This document shows, one piece after another, positions 11,631-24,839 of a DNA stretch of 35,007 nucleotides. Source of the stretch: Chiloscyllium plagiosum (taxonomy: Eukaryota). Positions within the stretch are counted from its first letter, which is position 1. Each line of letters starts with the position of its first letter. The position numbers and the translations under genes were made by a program. The stretch spans positions 44,687,921 to 44,722,927 of the forward strand of contig NC_057719.1 in the NCBI RefSeq assembly GCF_004010195.1, read 5' to 3'. Below the pieces are notes generated by a model, which ran no database searches, was not told the origin of the DNA, and saw only the letters and a list, made by a program, of their open reading frames with translations.

Positions 11631-13889
11631 GCTCTGTCCACAGGCTGAGTTCAATCATTCAAATTGTGCTGCTTGCTGCTCCTGTAATCACACTAATTCT
11701 CTCCCACATTTGCTCATTATTGAACATATCAGAAGTAAGTGGAGGAGGGAACCAGCCTCTGATTAGAAGAACATTTCCTTTCAACATCTTCCAGTTCACT
11801 CACTTGTACTTTGAACAAAGGCTCAAGGGCCACACAGGGCAGCTTTGCAGTTAGCCTTTTGGACAAGCCTGACCTGAACCATCAATATGGATTGTCTATT
11901 TATTTTCAGTCATTGGGGATTAACTAAATTAGAAAAAGATTTTTGGTCTGCACAGAGATCCATTAATCCCTTAGCAGCCAGTTCAAAGAAAAGAGACATT
12001 CCTGGTATACAACCCTAAACAATCAATTTGTTGGTATTTTGCATGTAATGATCATATTTGTCATGCAGAGTGCTTTCACTTTATTTTCCATAAAGAATGG
12101 AAAACATTAATGTAGCATAAGAGATCAGATTATCTGTGAACACAACGTGGGTTCTATTTTTTGACCTCAAGATCAAACTATTATTCAACATGTTGTCGGG
12201 TAATAATTGTAGACTTTGGATTGTAATGGATTTACAATCTGATTGTGGGAGTGCCCAGTGACAGAGTGTGAGCTGTTAATGCATAATTGTGAAATTTGTA
12301 ATTGAGTCCAAATCTGTGGAACATTATAAGCGGAAGCAAGTATCCAGCTGTGTGGAGATTACCATATTGATAACTGCTTTCACCTTATACAGAAAATTAT
12401 CACCACATTGAAGTTAATAGTAAGCACACTGAAAAATATAACAGAAACATAGCGGAAGTTGCAGAATGAAAATAGATAGCTTCTGAGGTGTAAGAAGTGA
12501 ATTCATAAAAGAAAGCTGGCTGGTAATTATATCTAACTAAGTAAAGCCTTGCTGGCTTGTCTTTGTTTGATGAAGTTGTTTACAGCTGTGATTTGCTTTT
12601 TTTCACTAAAGGAAGTATTTCAGACAACTTTGATGGATAACTTTTATGTGCCATTGTATCAGCTTGTACTTCAACAAAATTGTGTAATCAGGCCGGTACC
12701 CTTTGTTCTTCTGTTTTCCTACTTATTTTGCTGCTGTATGCATTGAGGGCTAGTCAGACTTTACTGGAAAGAATGTCTTCTTTTAAAAGTTTCTTTTAGA
12801 TACTGAAAAGAAACATAATGGTACAGTATATTTTATTTTTTTGAATGAAATTTAAGTAAGCATTAATATATTTATCTGCTTTCCAACTGTTTGAGATGGT
12901 TTGCTTCAATGAACAATTCAAAGTTAAGTTTGAAATATATGTAGGAACAATATGGCAGTTACCTACCTAATCAGGATAGTCATTTGTACTATCTCCATCA
13001 TATACACTGCCGAAGTAAATATAAATTGTTTATCCCACAGGGCATTATATTTACAGTCAAAATCAAGTACATGGGAGAATACATTTGACTGGAAGTTGAT
13101 GAATTTATCCTGCTGAATTAATTCATTGACTATGTAAGGCATTGGTGTTTTATGGATAATAACACGAATGTTATGTTTTTGAATGAAACCTTTCTCACAG
13201 GTGCACTAGCCCGCACCCCTTCCCCCTTAAGCAATACACCTAGTTCCTCTGCATTCAGTGACATCTCACTTTTGATGTTCTCAATCCCTATCCCAGGGCT
13301 CTTTACCATTACTCCTCACTGCTCACTGTCCTCCATTTTGTTTCTTGAATGTTCAAACGAATTCTTCCTAAATCTTCAACTTTCAACTCCATTAACTCTT
13401 TTTTCAGTTTTGATCCTATTTTGGTTTTTTTTTGGAGAAATATTATTTATTGTAAATTCCCAACCCGGTTTCTCATCTGAAAAATCCTGACTGCCTTCCC
13501 AAATAGAAAATAGCACGACTTTTTAAGTTTTGTTAAGCATCCTGTGTGGCGAATCATTATTGCAACCCTACTTATATATGTGAAATCTATTTCAATGAAC
13601 ATACCAATGAATGGTTAATTTCCTTCTTAGGTTATTTAGTCACAAAATTCATTAGTTAGAATTGCTGAAGACTGTAGGATAGCTGCTGCTAATAAATCTG
13701 ACTGATTTAATTTAAATGTTAATGCACATCATTACAAACCATTGAATCCAACTTATGAGTCTGGTGTCTCATTACTGCATAAGTCTTGTTTCATGTCTAA
13801 TTACTTAGGAACTATGGAAACATTTTAATTTAGAAAACTTTGTTACAATAGCTTTCAAGTTTCTTTTTGTGTCTGCCAGGCAGACTCAT

Positions 13890-14025
13890 TTGGTACTCCC
13901 CTCTGAGTTAGATGATTATGGTTTGAGGTCCATTCCAGGACTTGAGCACAAAATCTAAGCTGGCAATTTAACACAATACTGAGGAAGTACTGCACTGTTG
14001 TAACTATCATCATTCATTTGAGACC
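13890..14025 (+). mobile_element. 5' fragment of a Deu-domain SINE
   Basis: ctctgagttagatgattatggtttgaggtccattccaggacttgagcaca..ctgaggaagtactgcactgttg aligns by eye with 28455-28555. Confidence 0.6.
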
Positions 14026-14102
14026 GCACAGCCAAACCATGGGGAGCAATTTTTCCTGCTTTTGTAAATATAAGGTGAACATGTTAGGTGCTGACTAACA
14101 TA

Positions 14103-14178
14103 CTATTTCCACTAGTGAGATAATCCACAGGATGATTCTCCTATTCCCATTGGTGAGATAACCCATAGGATTATTCTC
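14103..14178. repeat. Two-copy 38-bp diverged tandem repeat
   Basis: Unit 1 is ctatttccactagtgagataatccacaggatgattctc and unit 2 is ctattcccattggtgagataacccataggattattctc. Confidence 0.85.
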
Positions 14179-15377
14179 CAGTCAGCTCATTGAGGGCTCA
14201 GTGGAGAGTGAAGGTGTACATCTCAATAATCAGAAGCTGCTAATGTCTGGATCCGGAAGTTCCGTGGTCAAGGTCTACTCCTTGTGGTATGCAGTGGCAT
14301 GCAGGTAAGCATTTTTCTTCTTCTTCTAGTGGGGTAGGGATCTTGAAGACAGGGGCATCAATGGGGTAACAGGCAAGGACAGGGAGTGGTTTTCAGAGGC
14401 CACTCCATTGCCCACATCCATGCCTCCAATTTCCCCAACACTGTGTCAATTGCAGATAAACTCCAACTCCCTAACTTGGAAGGCAGACTGTGTGTTTTGC
14501 CAATCAAACTAGCCTCCTTTTTCATCATCAGGGAGGCAGTGATTGAGGGAGGTGGCTGATTAAAGGCATTTTATGGCCATTCATTGAGCACTTAATTGCT
14601 GGCGAGTCAATACAGTCACTCATGGCCCAAGCACTTAGTTGCAGAAATGTTGAAAAGGGATGAATTTCTCTCTGGGCAAATTCACCCAATTATTTCCCTT
14701 CCTCACTGGCTCTCTCACAAGGAGAGGAAAATTCCACCAACAGGCCTGATGTTCCTTGAACATTTTTCTTTTCAGATATGGTCCTCTCCTCAATATCTTC
14801 TGGAAAAATGGTACATGCTTACGCACTTCCAAGTCCTCCAGCCACACATGCTCTGTAATTGGTATCTTGTGCTGCTATTGGCATTGGGAAACAGGGAGTG
14901 GAATGTTAGCTTCACAATAGCAAGATGAAAGGAGGGAGTTACAATTATAATTGAAGGCAGATCAAGCTTTCCCACGCAAATAGTGGAAGCCTATTTCTAA
15001 CACATTAGTCTACCAGTTTCGCTCATAAAACACCACTAAGTCAGATTGTGGTACCCTAACAATTATATCCATAATGAATGAGAGACTTGCATTTTCAGAT
15101 TCACGTTTGGTTAAATATGCTGTGCAGGAAGTAAGTTTGTTTTCCTGGTGGATTTGTACAGAGTAGTAGCTGCTTTTCTTTCATGAGAAATTTTGTTAGA
15201 ACTTAAAAAAGGAGGCATTTATACATTGTGACTGGATGGTGGAAATACTAGGAGACAATACAAGGACATAACTGCTTGTGGGAAAGATGTTTGGTTGTTC
15301 CAGATGAAAGAACAAAAAACAAGTTGAGGATCGCTGTCTGGATCTCTTTTCTGGATCTCTGCAGTATGCTGCACAGA

Positions 15378-15703
15378 GGCAGCACGGTGGCTCAGTGGTT
15401 AGCACTACTGCCTCATAGCGCCAGGGATCTGGGTTCAATTTGCACCTCGGGCAACTGTCTATGTGGAGTTTGTCTGCGTGGGTTTCCTCCAGGTGCTCTG
15501 GTTTCCTCCCACAGTCCAAAGCTCTGCAGGTTAGATGAATTGACCATGCTAAACTGCCCAGAGTGTTCAACGATGTGTAGATTAGACGCATTAGTCAGGG
15601 GTAAATGTAGAGTAGTGGGGATGGGTTTGGGTGAGATACTCTTCAGAGGGTCGGTGTGGACTGATTGGGTCGAGGTGCCTGTTTCCACATTGTAGGAATT
15701 CTA
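15378..15703 (+). mobile_element. HE1-like tRNA-derived V-SINE
   Basis: It has A-box tggctcagtgg, B-box ggttcaatt, the V-domain gtctgcgtgggtttcctccaggtgctctggtttcctcccacagtccaaa and a CR1-like tail cctgtttccacattgtag. It is homologous to 33074-33384. Confidence 0.9.
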
Positions 15704-16445
15704 TAAATGAATAATCTCTGGATCATTGTTATCTGCTACAGCTACACTCATGCACAACAAAGGAATGAGGGACTGTCAGGTATGGAAATGGAGTAGTCTG
15801 TCTTCCTCAGCCAAGGAAATACCTAATGATCTTGAGCGAGTGGATGATCAAATTAAAGGTGCAGGTGTCAGGGTGATGGAGTGGTGTGCCAAACAGGCCT
15901 GTGACACTCTTACAGAAAATACATTCCTCTACAAGCGAGCTCCCTGTGAGATCTCTTGGTCTTTTCAATAAGTAAAATAATGAAGTATCAGCAGAATAAG
16001 AAGACCAACCTACACTCCTGTAACTCCTGGCACTTACAAGGTGGAGTGTGATTTGGAAGGAAATCGCATCAACCTCATTCTGCAAATTCTGGTAGTGCCT
16101 TGCTATGATTTTTATTGTGCTCATCTGCAGAATAGGGGATGCCATTTCCACAGACCCAATTTAGACATCAGTTTCTGATGAATAAGAAGGGGGTAAGCAC
16201 CATATCTTGTTTTGTCAGTGAGTTCCAAACTCCCTAACTTCCAGTAAAACCTTCTTATCAAAAGACTTGGAGATTCCACTATTTCCAAAGCCTCACAATA
16301 AATAATGTCTCCACTAGCTCACATTGTCAAATAAAACAATTAGCCTGAAACTTGGAAACTTTGGAATAGTTCCCCTCATTGATATATTAATGACAGTTTA
16401 TCAGAGGACTTAGTCAGATTGTATTAGTTGTTAGTTCTGTAGTCT

Positions 16446-17502
16446 ATGGCTTTGTGCATGGGAAATCATGTCTCACAAACTTGATTAAGTTTTTTTGAAG
16501 AAATAACAAAGAGGATTGATGAGGGCAGAGTGGTAGATGTAATCTATATGGAATTCAGTAAGGCGTTCGACAAGATTCCCTATGGGAGACTGATTAGCAA
16601 GGTTAGATCTCATGGAATACATGGAGAACTAGCTATGTGGATACAGAACTGGCTCAAAGGTAGAAGACAGTGGGTGGTGGTGGAGGGTTGTTTTTCAGAC
16701 TGGAGGCCTGTGACCAGTGGAGTGCCACAAGGATCGGTGCTGGGTCCACTACTTTTTGTCATTTATATAAATGATTTGGATGCGAGCATAAGAGGTACAG
16801 TTNNNNNNNNNNNNNNNNNNNNNNNNNNNNNNNNNNNNNNNNNNNNNNNNNNNNNNNNNNNNNNNNNNNNNNNNNNNNNNNNNNNNNNNNNNNNNNNNNN
16901 NNNNNNNNNNNNNNNNNNNNNNNNNNNNNNNNNNNNNNNNNNNNNNNNNNNNNNNNNNNNNNNNNNNNNNNNNNNNNNNNNNNNNNNNNNNNNNNNNNNN
17001 NNNNNNNNNNNNNNNNNNNNNNNNNNNNNNNNNNNNNNNNNNNNNNNNNNNNNNNNNNNNNNNNNNNNNNNNNNNNNNNNNNNNNNNNNNNNNNNNNNNN
17101 NNNNNNNNNNNNNNNNNNNNNNNNNNNNNNNNNNNNNNNNNNNNNNNNNNNNNNNNNNNNNNNNNNNNNNNNNNNNNNNNNNNNNNNNNNNNNNNNNNNN
17201 NNNNNNNNNNNNNNNNNNNNNNNNNNNNNNNNNNNNNNNNNNNNNNNNNNNNNNNNNNNNNNNNNNNNNNNNNNNNNNNNNNNNNNNNNNNNNNNNNNNG
17301 AATGAGCTGCCAGAGGAAGTGGTGGAGGCTGGTACAATTGCAACATTTAAGAGGCATTTGGATGGGTATATGAATAGGAAGGGTTTGGAGGGATATGGGC
17401 CGGGTGCTGGCAGGTGGGACTAGATTGGGTTGGGATATCTAGTCGGCATGGATGGGTTGGACTGAAGGGTCTGTTTCCATGCTGTACATCTCTATGACTC
17501 TA
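16446..17502 (+). mobile_element. 5'-truncated CR1 LINE spanning an assembly gap
   Basis: It reads [38 protein letters not shown] before the gap and NELPEEVVEAG..FKRHLD after it. The tail is ctgtacatctctatgactcta. Confidence 0.92.
16803..17299. other. Assembly gap (497 N)
   Basis: Run of N. Confidence 1.
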
Positions 17503-17804
17503 CCGACATGTAGTATAGACCTAGGCACTACCTGTTAGGAGATATTAGTGTCTTTATCCTGGTGTTAATTTAGTTAAGTGGGCTAAATTGAATGTAACTT
17601 TTTATCTTACTATTCTGGAATAAACTACTTCTTGTTATGCAAGTATATCTTCTATTAAAGGCTTATTGATGGTTAAACCTTCACCAACTCAGCCAGGAGG
17701 TCCTGATTCAAGTCCCACCTGCTCTGGAGCTGTGGCATAGCATGTCTGAACATGTTGATTCCAAGAACAATTGGTCGTATTAAACCTACCCAAAGAAGCT
17801 CCCA

Positions 17805-17932
17805 GCATGAGGGCTTTTGCCCGAAACATCGATTTTCCTGCTCCTTGGATGCTGCCTGACCTGGTGTGCTTTTCCAGCACTGCTCTAATTTAAACTCTGG
17901 TTTCCAGCATCTGCAGTCCTCACTTTTGCCTA
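17805..17932 (+). mobile_element. Penelope-like terminal-repeat fragment with a partial hammerhead motif
   Basis: atga-gggcttttgccc-GAAA-catcgatt..ggatgctgcctgacctg..ttttccagca..ccagcatctgcagtcctcacttt is the reverse-complement homologue of 34260-34380. Confidence 0.8.
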
Positions 17933-19109
17933 TGCAGGCATCTCAGTAAAGACATATCCCCCATGACTGATAGCCAACACAATAACCATTAACACTCATG
18001 AATGAAATGATCTAACCATGAAATGATCTAACCATGTGACTTATAATAGTGATGGCTGAATGACCTGCTACTGTTTCTGTGCATGCTCAAGATTGCATCA
18101 GGATTTGAACACACAATCTTTTGACTTTGAGGCAATCGGTGCAGATTAACCCTTTTTTACTTTGTTGTGTAGCTGTTGAAGGTTGAGCTCCCCACATATG
18201 TACACAAACAAGGATTTCTTCTGCTCTCTTAATGCATGTGCATCACTTTCCACAGTTATTATTTTTTAAAAAATTAATTACTCAACATACTTAACATTTT
18301 CGCCAATATTGACATTTGAAGAAAACATTCAGATTGAAATGCCAAGAGGTTGGCCCTGCTGGTCCATGAAACAAATACAGTTTGTTGTCCTCGACACTTT
18401 GTTTACATATAATGGTGCCTTGCAATTGATAATCCCTGGATTTTTCCCTTTGTTGACAGCTGCTGTCAGTGTCTTTGGGAAATTGGTGAGTTACCCATAC
18501 TACCAGTAACCCAGTAGTACCCAGCAGTTCATAATATGTTTGTTCCCTGTAACATTTTGCTATAACATCACCAAAACATAAAGAAACCTATTATTTGCAA
18601 CTCAAAACAATACAAATATTAGTAATATGAGTGAAATCATAAAATCATTTTTATAAAGAGACTGTAGATTCATTTATTGCATCATCTACCACAGAATGTT
18701 TGGACAGATGTTCAGAGATCACAATGAAACAGGTAAAACAGCCTTTTTAGTAAGTATAATTAAGGCTTAACAAATAATTAAGGTAGATCAGAGGCGTCTA
18801 ATTTGGATCTTAGACTTGGTATTTATGATGGGTTTTTTCTTGTTTTTTCACCTGTGGTCTTATTAAAAGCTTGAGATTTTTATATGTTTAGAAAATATAT
18901 AGATTTCTACCACACCACAAACATTTTTTTGACCTGGTTCAGTAGTAGTGTCAAAAATATTAGTTAATAAAAAATATGAAAAAGGAGGCACAATGAGTAA
19001 GCTTTCCAAATTAAATTTATGTTTGGATGGGATTGATAGGTTTGGAGAATTCAAAATCATCAGTGCCATTGTCTTGCAACATTAAGACATATATAAAATA
19101 TTATTTCAG

Positions 19110-19827
19110 AGACAAATTTTGCTGCTGTCCACCACTCCATATCTCCAGCCCACTGTACCCTTACTCTATCAAATGCTACTATGATATCAAGGACGGTCAC
19201 TATCAGTTCTTTTCTGTTCATGTTTGGAGCAAAGCAGTTACAAGGAGTTGGAAACCCTTGGCAGAACACAGTGATAAACATTGATAAATGGGCTGTTGCT
19301 GAGTAAGTGCCATTTGGTAGCACTGTCCATCTTCCATCATTTTGCTGATTACTGACAATGGACTGTTGGGCCACTAATTGACAAGATTGAATTTGCTTTT
19401 TGTGGATAGGACATATCTGGGTAATTATCTGCATTGTTCAGCAGATACTGGAGCAGCTTGGCCAGGGCATGGCGAATTCTGGAGAATAACTGCTTAGTCT
19501 ACAGCTGGTGCCTTTTGCCTTTGCTGCAGCCAGTGCTTTGAACTATTCCTTGATATCACATTGAGTGAACTGAACTGTTTAAAGATCATCCACTTGGCAT
19601 ATAAGCTTGAAGATGGATATGAATGCATCAGCCTTGCACTGATGTACTGGGCACCCCTATCATTGAGAATGGGGATGGTTTTGGAACCTTCAGCTCAATG
19701 AGTTTCACTGTTCACTAACCTGCATGATTGGGTAAGGCAGGATTGCAAAACATTGACCTGCTTCTTTGGTTGCAGGATTGCTGAACTCTGTCAATAGCAT
19801 GCTACTTCCACTGTCCAGCATGCATGT
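19110..19827 (-). mobile_element. RT N-terminal region of the old CR1/L2-group LINE (continues at 20287-20328 and 26531-26690)
   Basis: The minus-strand ORF has QICPIHKKQ..., FCQG and VTVLDIIVAFDRV (LDI..AFDRV RT motif). Confidence 0.75.
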
Positions 19828-20286
19828 TTTGATTTGATTTGATTTATTGTAATCACATGTACCCAAGTACAGTGAAAAGCTTTGTTTTGTGAACAGTACA
19901 GACAGATTATAGCAAACAAGGATATAAAGATCATATGGAGCTCAGAAAGAGCTGGGAATACAAGGTTATAGCTCCACAGGAGGTGCACAAAGCAAGATCA
20001 CCATTAGCAAGATTAGCACTATTTGAAGTTAGAGCAGTCCATTCATCAGTCTAATAATCGCAGGGAAGAAACTGCTCTTGAACTTGTTGGTGCATGTGTT
20101 CAAGCTTCTGTATCTTCTGCCTGATGGAAGAGGTTGGTAGAGAGCATTACCAGGGTGGGAGGGCTTTTTGATTTTGGCAGCCTTTCTGCAGCAACGTGAA
20201 GTGTAAATGGAGTCCATGGACTGGGCGGTGCACACCACTTTCTGTAGTTTCTTATAATTCTGGGCAGAACGGTTTCCATATGGTAT
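19828..20286 (-). mobile_element. Rex1/Babar LINE 3' fragment
   Basis: It reads YGNRSAQNYKKLQKVVCTAQ..IYTSRCCRKAAKI..PSHPGNALYQPLPSGRRYRSL..FKSSFFPAIIRLMN. The minus-strand 3' end is aataaa followed by (atcaa)n. Confidence 0.88.
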
Positions 20287-20326
20287 TGTAGTTTCACCAG
20301 GCATGTCTGATGCTGCTCCTGGCATG

Positions 20327-21675
20327 CTAGTACTTTGTAATGAGCCAGACTTTATAAAAGATTTTAAAGTAAGGGAACACTTAGGAGGCAGTGATCATAA
20401 TATGGTAGTGTCCAGTCCGCAGTTTGAAAGAGAGAAGGCAAAAATTAGATGTAATGGTGTCAAAGCTAAGGTAATTACAGGGGCATGAGAGAGGAACTGA
20501 TGAAAATCGACTGGAAGCGGAGCCTAGTGGGGAAGACAGTAAAGCAACAATGGCAGGAGTTTCTGGGTATGATTGAAGACACAGTACAGAGGTTCATTCC
20601 AAAGAAAAGAAAGATTATCCAGGGCAGGGGGGATTAAATAGCCATGCCTGACAAAGGAAATCAGGAAATATATCAAAGGAAAAGAGACAGCCTTTAAATT
20701 GGCCAAGAGCACTGGGAAATCAGAAGATTGGGAAGACTACAAAAACAAACAGAGGATAACAAAGAGAGAAATAAGGAAGGAGAGGATCAAATATGAAGGT
20801 AAGCTAGCCAGTAATATTAGAAATGATAGTAAAAGTTTCTTTCAATACATAAGAAACAAATGAGAGGCAAAAGTAGAAATTTGGCCGCTCCAAATTGATG
20901 CAGGAAGGCTAGTGATAGGTGATAAGGAAATAGCTGAAGAACTTAATAAGTACTTTGTGTCAATCTTCACAGTAGAAGACATGAGTAATATCCCAACAAT
21001 CAAGGAGAGTCAGGGGCAGAATTGAGTATGGTAGCCATTACAAAAGAGAACGCGCTAGAAAAGCTAAAAATTATAAAAATTGATAAATCTCCTTGCCCCG
21101 ATGGGCTCAATCCTTGAGTTCTGAGGGAGGTGGCTGAGGAAATAGCAGAGGCATTGGTTGTGATTTTGAGTCAGGGAAAGTCCCAGATGATTGGAAAATC
21201 GCTGTTGTAACCCCCTTGTTCAAGAAAGGATCAAGACAAAAGATGGAAAATTATAGGCCAATTTGCCTAACCTCGGTTGTAGGTAAAATTCTAGAATCCA
21301 TCATTAAGGATGAGATTTCTAAATTCTTGGAAGTGCAGGGTCAGATTAGTCCCAGTCAGCATGGATTTAGTAAGGGGAAGTTGTGCTTGACAAACCTGTT
21401 AGAATTCTTTGAAGAGGTAACAAGGAGGTTAGACCAGGGAAACCCAGTGGATGTTAGGTACCCTGACTTCCAAAAGGCCTTTTATAAGGAGCCTCACGGG
21501 AGGCTGCTGAGTAAGGTCAGGGATCATGGTGTTCAAAGTGAGCTACTGGCATGGATTGAGGATTGGCTGTCTGACAGAAGGCAGAGAGTTGGGATAAAAA
21601 TTTCTTTTTTGGAATGGCAGCTGGTGACAAGTGGTGTCCCGCAGGGTTCAGTGTTGGGGCCACAGCTGTTCACTT
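20327..21675 (+). mobile_element. CR1 ORF2 fragment (end of endonuclease through RT), interrupted at LGPQLFTL
   Basis: It reads LVLCNEPD..LGGSDHNMV, FKKGSRQKMENYRPICLTSVVGKILES, QHGFSKGKLCLTNLLEFFE and [14 protein letters not shown]. Confidence 0.92.
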
Positions 21676-21954
21676 TAGAACAAGAAGAACCAAGAACAAA
21701 GAACATTTACAGCCCAGGAACAGGCCCTCCGGTCCTCCAAGCCTGAGCCGATCCAAATGTACTGTCTAAACCTGTCGGTCAATTCCTAAGCATCTGTATC
21801 TCTCTGCTCCCCACCTACTCATGCATCTGTCCAGACGCATCTTAAGTGAATCTACCGTGCCTACCTCTACCACCTCTGCTGGCATTGCTTTCCGAATGCC
21901 CACCACCCTCTGTGTGAAGTACTTGCTGCGTGTATCCCCCTTAAACTTTCCACC

Positions 21955-21995
21955 GGCCGAAGGGCCTGTTTCCACACTGTAAGTAATCTAATCTA
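21955..21995 (+). mobile_element. 41-bp 3' tail of an HE1-like SINE (or its partner LINE) flanked by a 116-bp direct repeat
   Basis: ggccgaagggcctgtttccacactgtaagtaatctaatcta matches the reverse complement of the SINE end at ~33080-33120. The flanks 21839-21954 and 21996-22111 are near-identical. Confidence 0.88.
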
Positions 21996-24839
21996 ATCTT
22001 AAGTGAATCTACCGTGCCAGCCTCTACCACCTCTGCTGGCAATGCTTTCCGAATGCCCACCAACCTCTGTGTGAAGTACTTGCTGCGTGTATCCCCCTTA
22101 AACTTTCCACCTGTCACCTTGAAAGCATAACCTCTGGTTATTGAATCCTTCACCCTGGAAAAAAGCTTGTCTCTATCCACCCTGTCTATGCCCTTCATGA
22201 TTTTGTAAACCTTAATCAGGTCCCCCCTCAATCTCCTTTTTTTCTAGTGAAAATAAACCTAACCTACTCAACCTCTCTTCATAGCTATCACCTTCCATAC
22301 CAGGCAACATCCTCACAAACCTTCTCTGCACCCTCTCCAAAGCGTGCACATCTTTTGGTAATGTGGCGACCAGAACTGTACACAGTATTCCAAATGCGGC
22401 CGAACCAACGTCCTGTACAATTTTAACATGACTTGCCAGCTTTTGTACTCAACACCCCACCCAATGAAGGCAAGCATACTATATGCCTTCTTGACCATTC
22501 TATCCACCTGTGCAGCAACCTTCAGGGTACAATGGACCTGCACTCCCAGATCTCTCTGCCCATCAACTTTTCCTAAGGCTCTTCCATTCATTGTATAATT
22601 CACTCTTGAATTAGACTTGCCTAAATGCATCACCTCACATTTGTCTGGATTGAAAGCCATCTGCCACTTTTCCGCCCAACTCTCCAGTCTATCTATATCC
22701 TCCTATATTCTTTAACAGTCCCTTATGTTTCTGCTACTTCACCCATCTTCATGTCATCTGCAAACTTGCTGATCATATCAACAGTACCCTCTTCCAGATC
22801 ATTTATGTATATTACAAACAATAGTGGCCCAACACTGACCCCTGTGGAACACCACTGGTCACCTTTCTCCATTTCGAGAAACTCCCTTCAACTACTACTC
22901 TCTGTTTCCTGTTGCTCAACCAGTTCTTTATCCACCTAGCTAGAACACCCTGCACACCATGTGACTTCACTTTCTCCATTAGTCTACCATGGGGAACCTT
23001 ATCAAACACCTTTCTAAAGTCCATGTATGTGACATCAACAGCCTTTCCTTCATCTATCAACTTGGTCACTTCCTTGAAGAACTCTATTAAGTTGGTAAGG
23101 CACGATCTCCCCCGCACAAAACCATATTGCCTATCACCGATAAGTCCATTCTTTTCTAAATATAAATAGATCCTATTCCTCAGTACCCTCTCCAGCAACT
23201 TTCCCACTACCAACGTCAGGCTCGCTGGTCTGTAGTTACCTGGAATATCCCCACTACCTTTCTTATACAGGAGGACAACATGAGCAACCTTCCAGTCCTC
23301 CGGCAGCTCACCTATATTTAAGGATGCCACAAAGATATCTGTCAGGGCCCAGCTATTTCCTCTCTCGCCTCCCTTAGCAACCTGGGTTAGATCCCAACCA
23401 GTCCTGGGGATTTGTCCACCTTAATAACCTCTAGCCTACCCAACACATCTTCCCTACTTATGCCAATGTGATCCAGACTAATCATAATTCTATCTCTAAT
23501 CTCAAGATTCATGTTCCTCTCCTCAGTGAACACTGATGCAAAGTAATCATTCAGAATCTCACCCATTCTCTCAGGTTCAACACACAGCCTTCCTTCATTA
23601 TCCTTTAGTGGACCAATCCTTTCTCTAGTTACCCACTTGCTTCTTATATAAGAATAAAATGCTTTGGGATTCTCCTTAATTCTACTTGCTGAAGCTATTT
23701 CATGACCCCTTTTAGCCCGCTTGATTCCTCGTTTAAGATTTGTCCTACTCTTCTGATATTCCTTCAGGGCCTGTTCTTTCTTCACTGCCTAGACCTTATG
23801 TACGCTTCCCTTATCCTCTTGGCTAGTCATACAATTTCTCCTGTCATCCACGGTTCACGAATGAACTATCCTGCACTACCGTTAACCTATCTTTGAAAGC
23901 CTCCCACATCTCAAATGTGGATTTTCCTTCAAATAGCTGTGTCCAATCCATATTTCAGAGCTCCTGCCTAATTTTGATATAATTGGCCTTGGCCCAGTTT
24001 AGTACTCTTCCCTTAGGACCACTCTCATTTTTATCCACTAGTATTCTAAAACTTACAGAATTGTGGTCATTGTTCCCAAAGAAATCCCCCACCGCAACGT
24101 CTACCACCTGTTCTGGCTTGTTCCCCAGTACCAGGTCCAATATGGCTCCTTCCCTCAATGGACTATTGACATACTGCTCTAGAAAACTCTCCTGGACGCT
24201 TCTTACAAGTTCTACCCCATCCAGACCTCTGACGCTAAGTGTATCCCAGTCAATGTTGGGAAAATTAAAATCTCCCATTACCATTACCCTAATGCCTCTA
24301 CATCTTTCCATAATATGTTTACCTATTTGTTCTTCTACCTCACGCTCACTGTTGGGAGGTTTGTAATACAGCCCCAACAATGTAACTGCACCCTTCTTAT
24401 TTCTCAGCTCCACCCATAATGCCTCACTACCCTTGACCTCCAGAGTGTCCTCCTTTAGCACAGCCATGATATCATCCCTGACCAGCAATGCAACTCCACC
24501 CCCCCCCTTCCCCCTTTTACTTCCCTCCCTGTCCTGTCTGAAGGCGTCTATATCCTGGAACATTTAGTTGCCAATTATCATGCCCTTCCTTCAACCAAGT
24601 CTCTGTGATTGCAATAATTTCATACTCCAAGGCACCAATCCAAGCCCTAAGTTCATCTACCTTACACAGTATACTCTTTGCATTAAAGTAGATGCATTTC
24701 AGGCTACCAGTTCTTTTGCGCTTATCCGCTCTCTGCCTACTCTTTCCTTTATTAATGCTATCTTCAAGATTCTTACAGTCTCCAGTCTCCACTTCGCTGC
24801 CGACTTGTTTTCTCTTCTGGTTCCCAGTCCCCTGGCACA

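Noticed and set aside
14103..14178. Short direct repeats (38-bp pair here; 16-bp pair at 18002-18033) as a CRISPR-like array
   Set aside because: There are only two adjacent copies with no spacers or cas genes, in a eukaryotic context. These are ordinary local duplications.
15378..15450. tRNA-like sequences here and at 33310-33384
   Set aside because: They are SINE heads followed by a V-domain and LINE-like tail, not tRNA genes.
15726..16151. ORFs of 81 and 114 aa, and similar short ORFs at 4486, 13152, 14596 and 29115
   Set aside because: They have no recognisable domains or coding-like composition and are consistent with random ORFs.
16530..17423. Long ORFs of 195-297 aa across 16.5-17.4 kb
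   Set aside because: They are artefacts of translating through the 497-N gap inside a CR1 copy.
10748..19827. LINE pieces at 10748-11630 and 19110-19827 are colinear on the minus strand and might be one split element
   Set aside because: They are separated by 7.5 kb of largely unique-looking DNA, and part of the RT is missing between them. Independent insertions of the same family are simpler.
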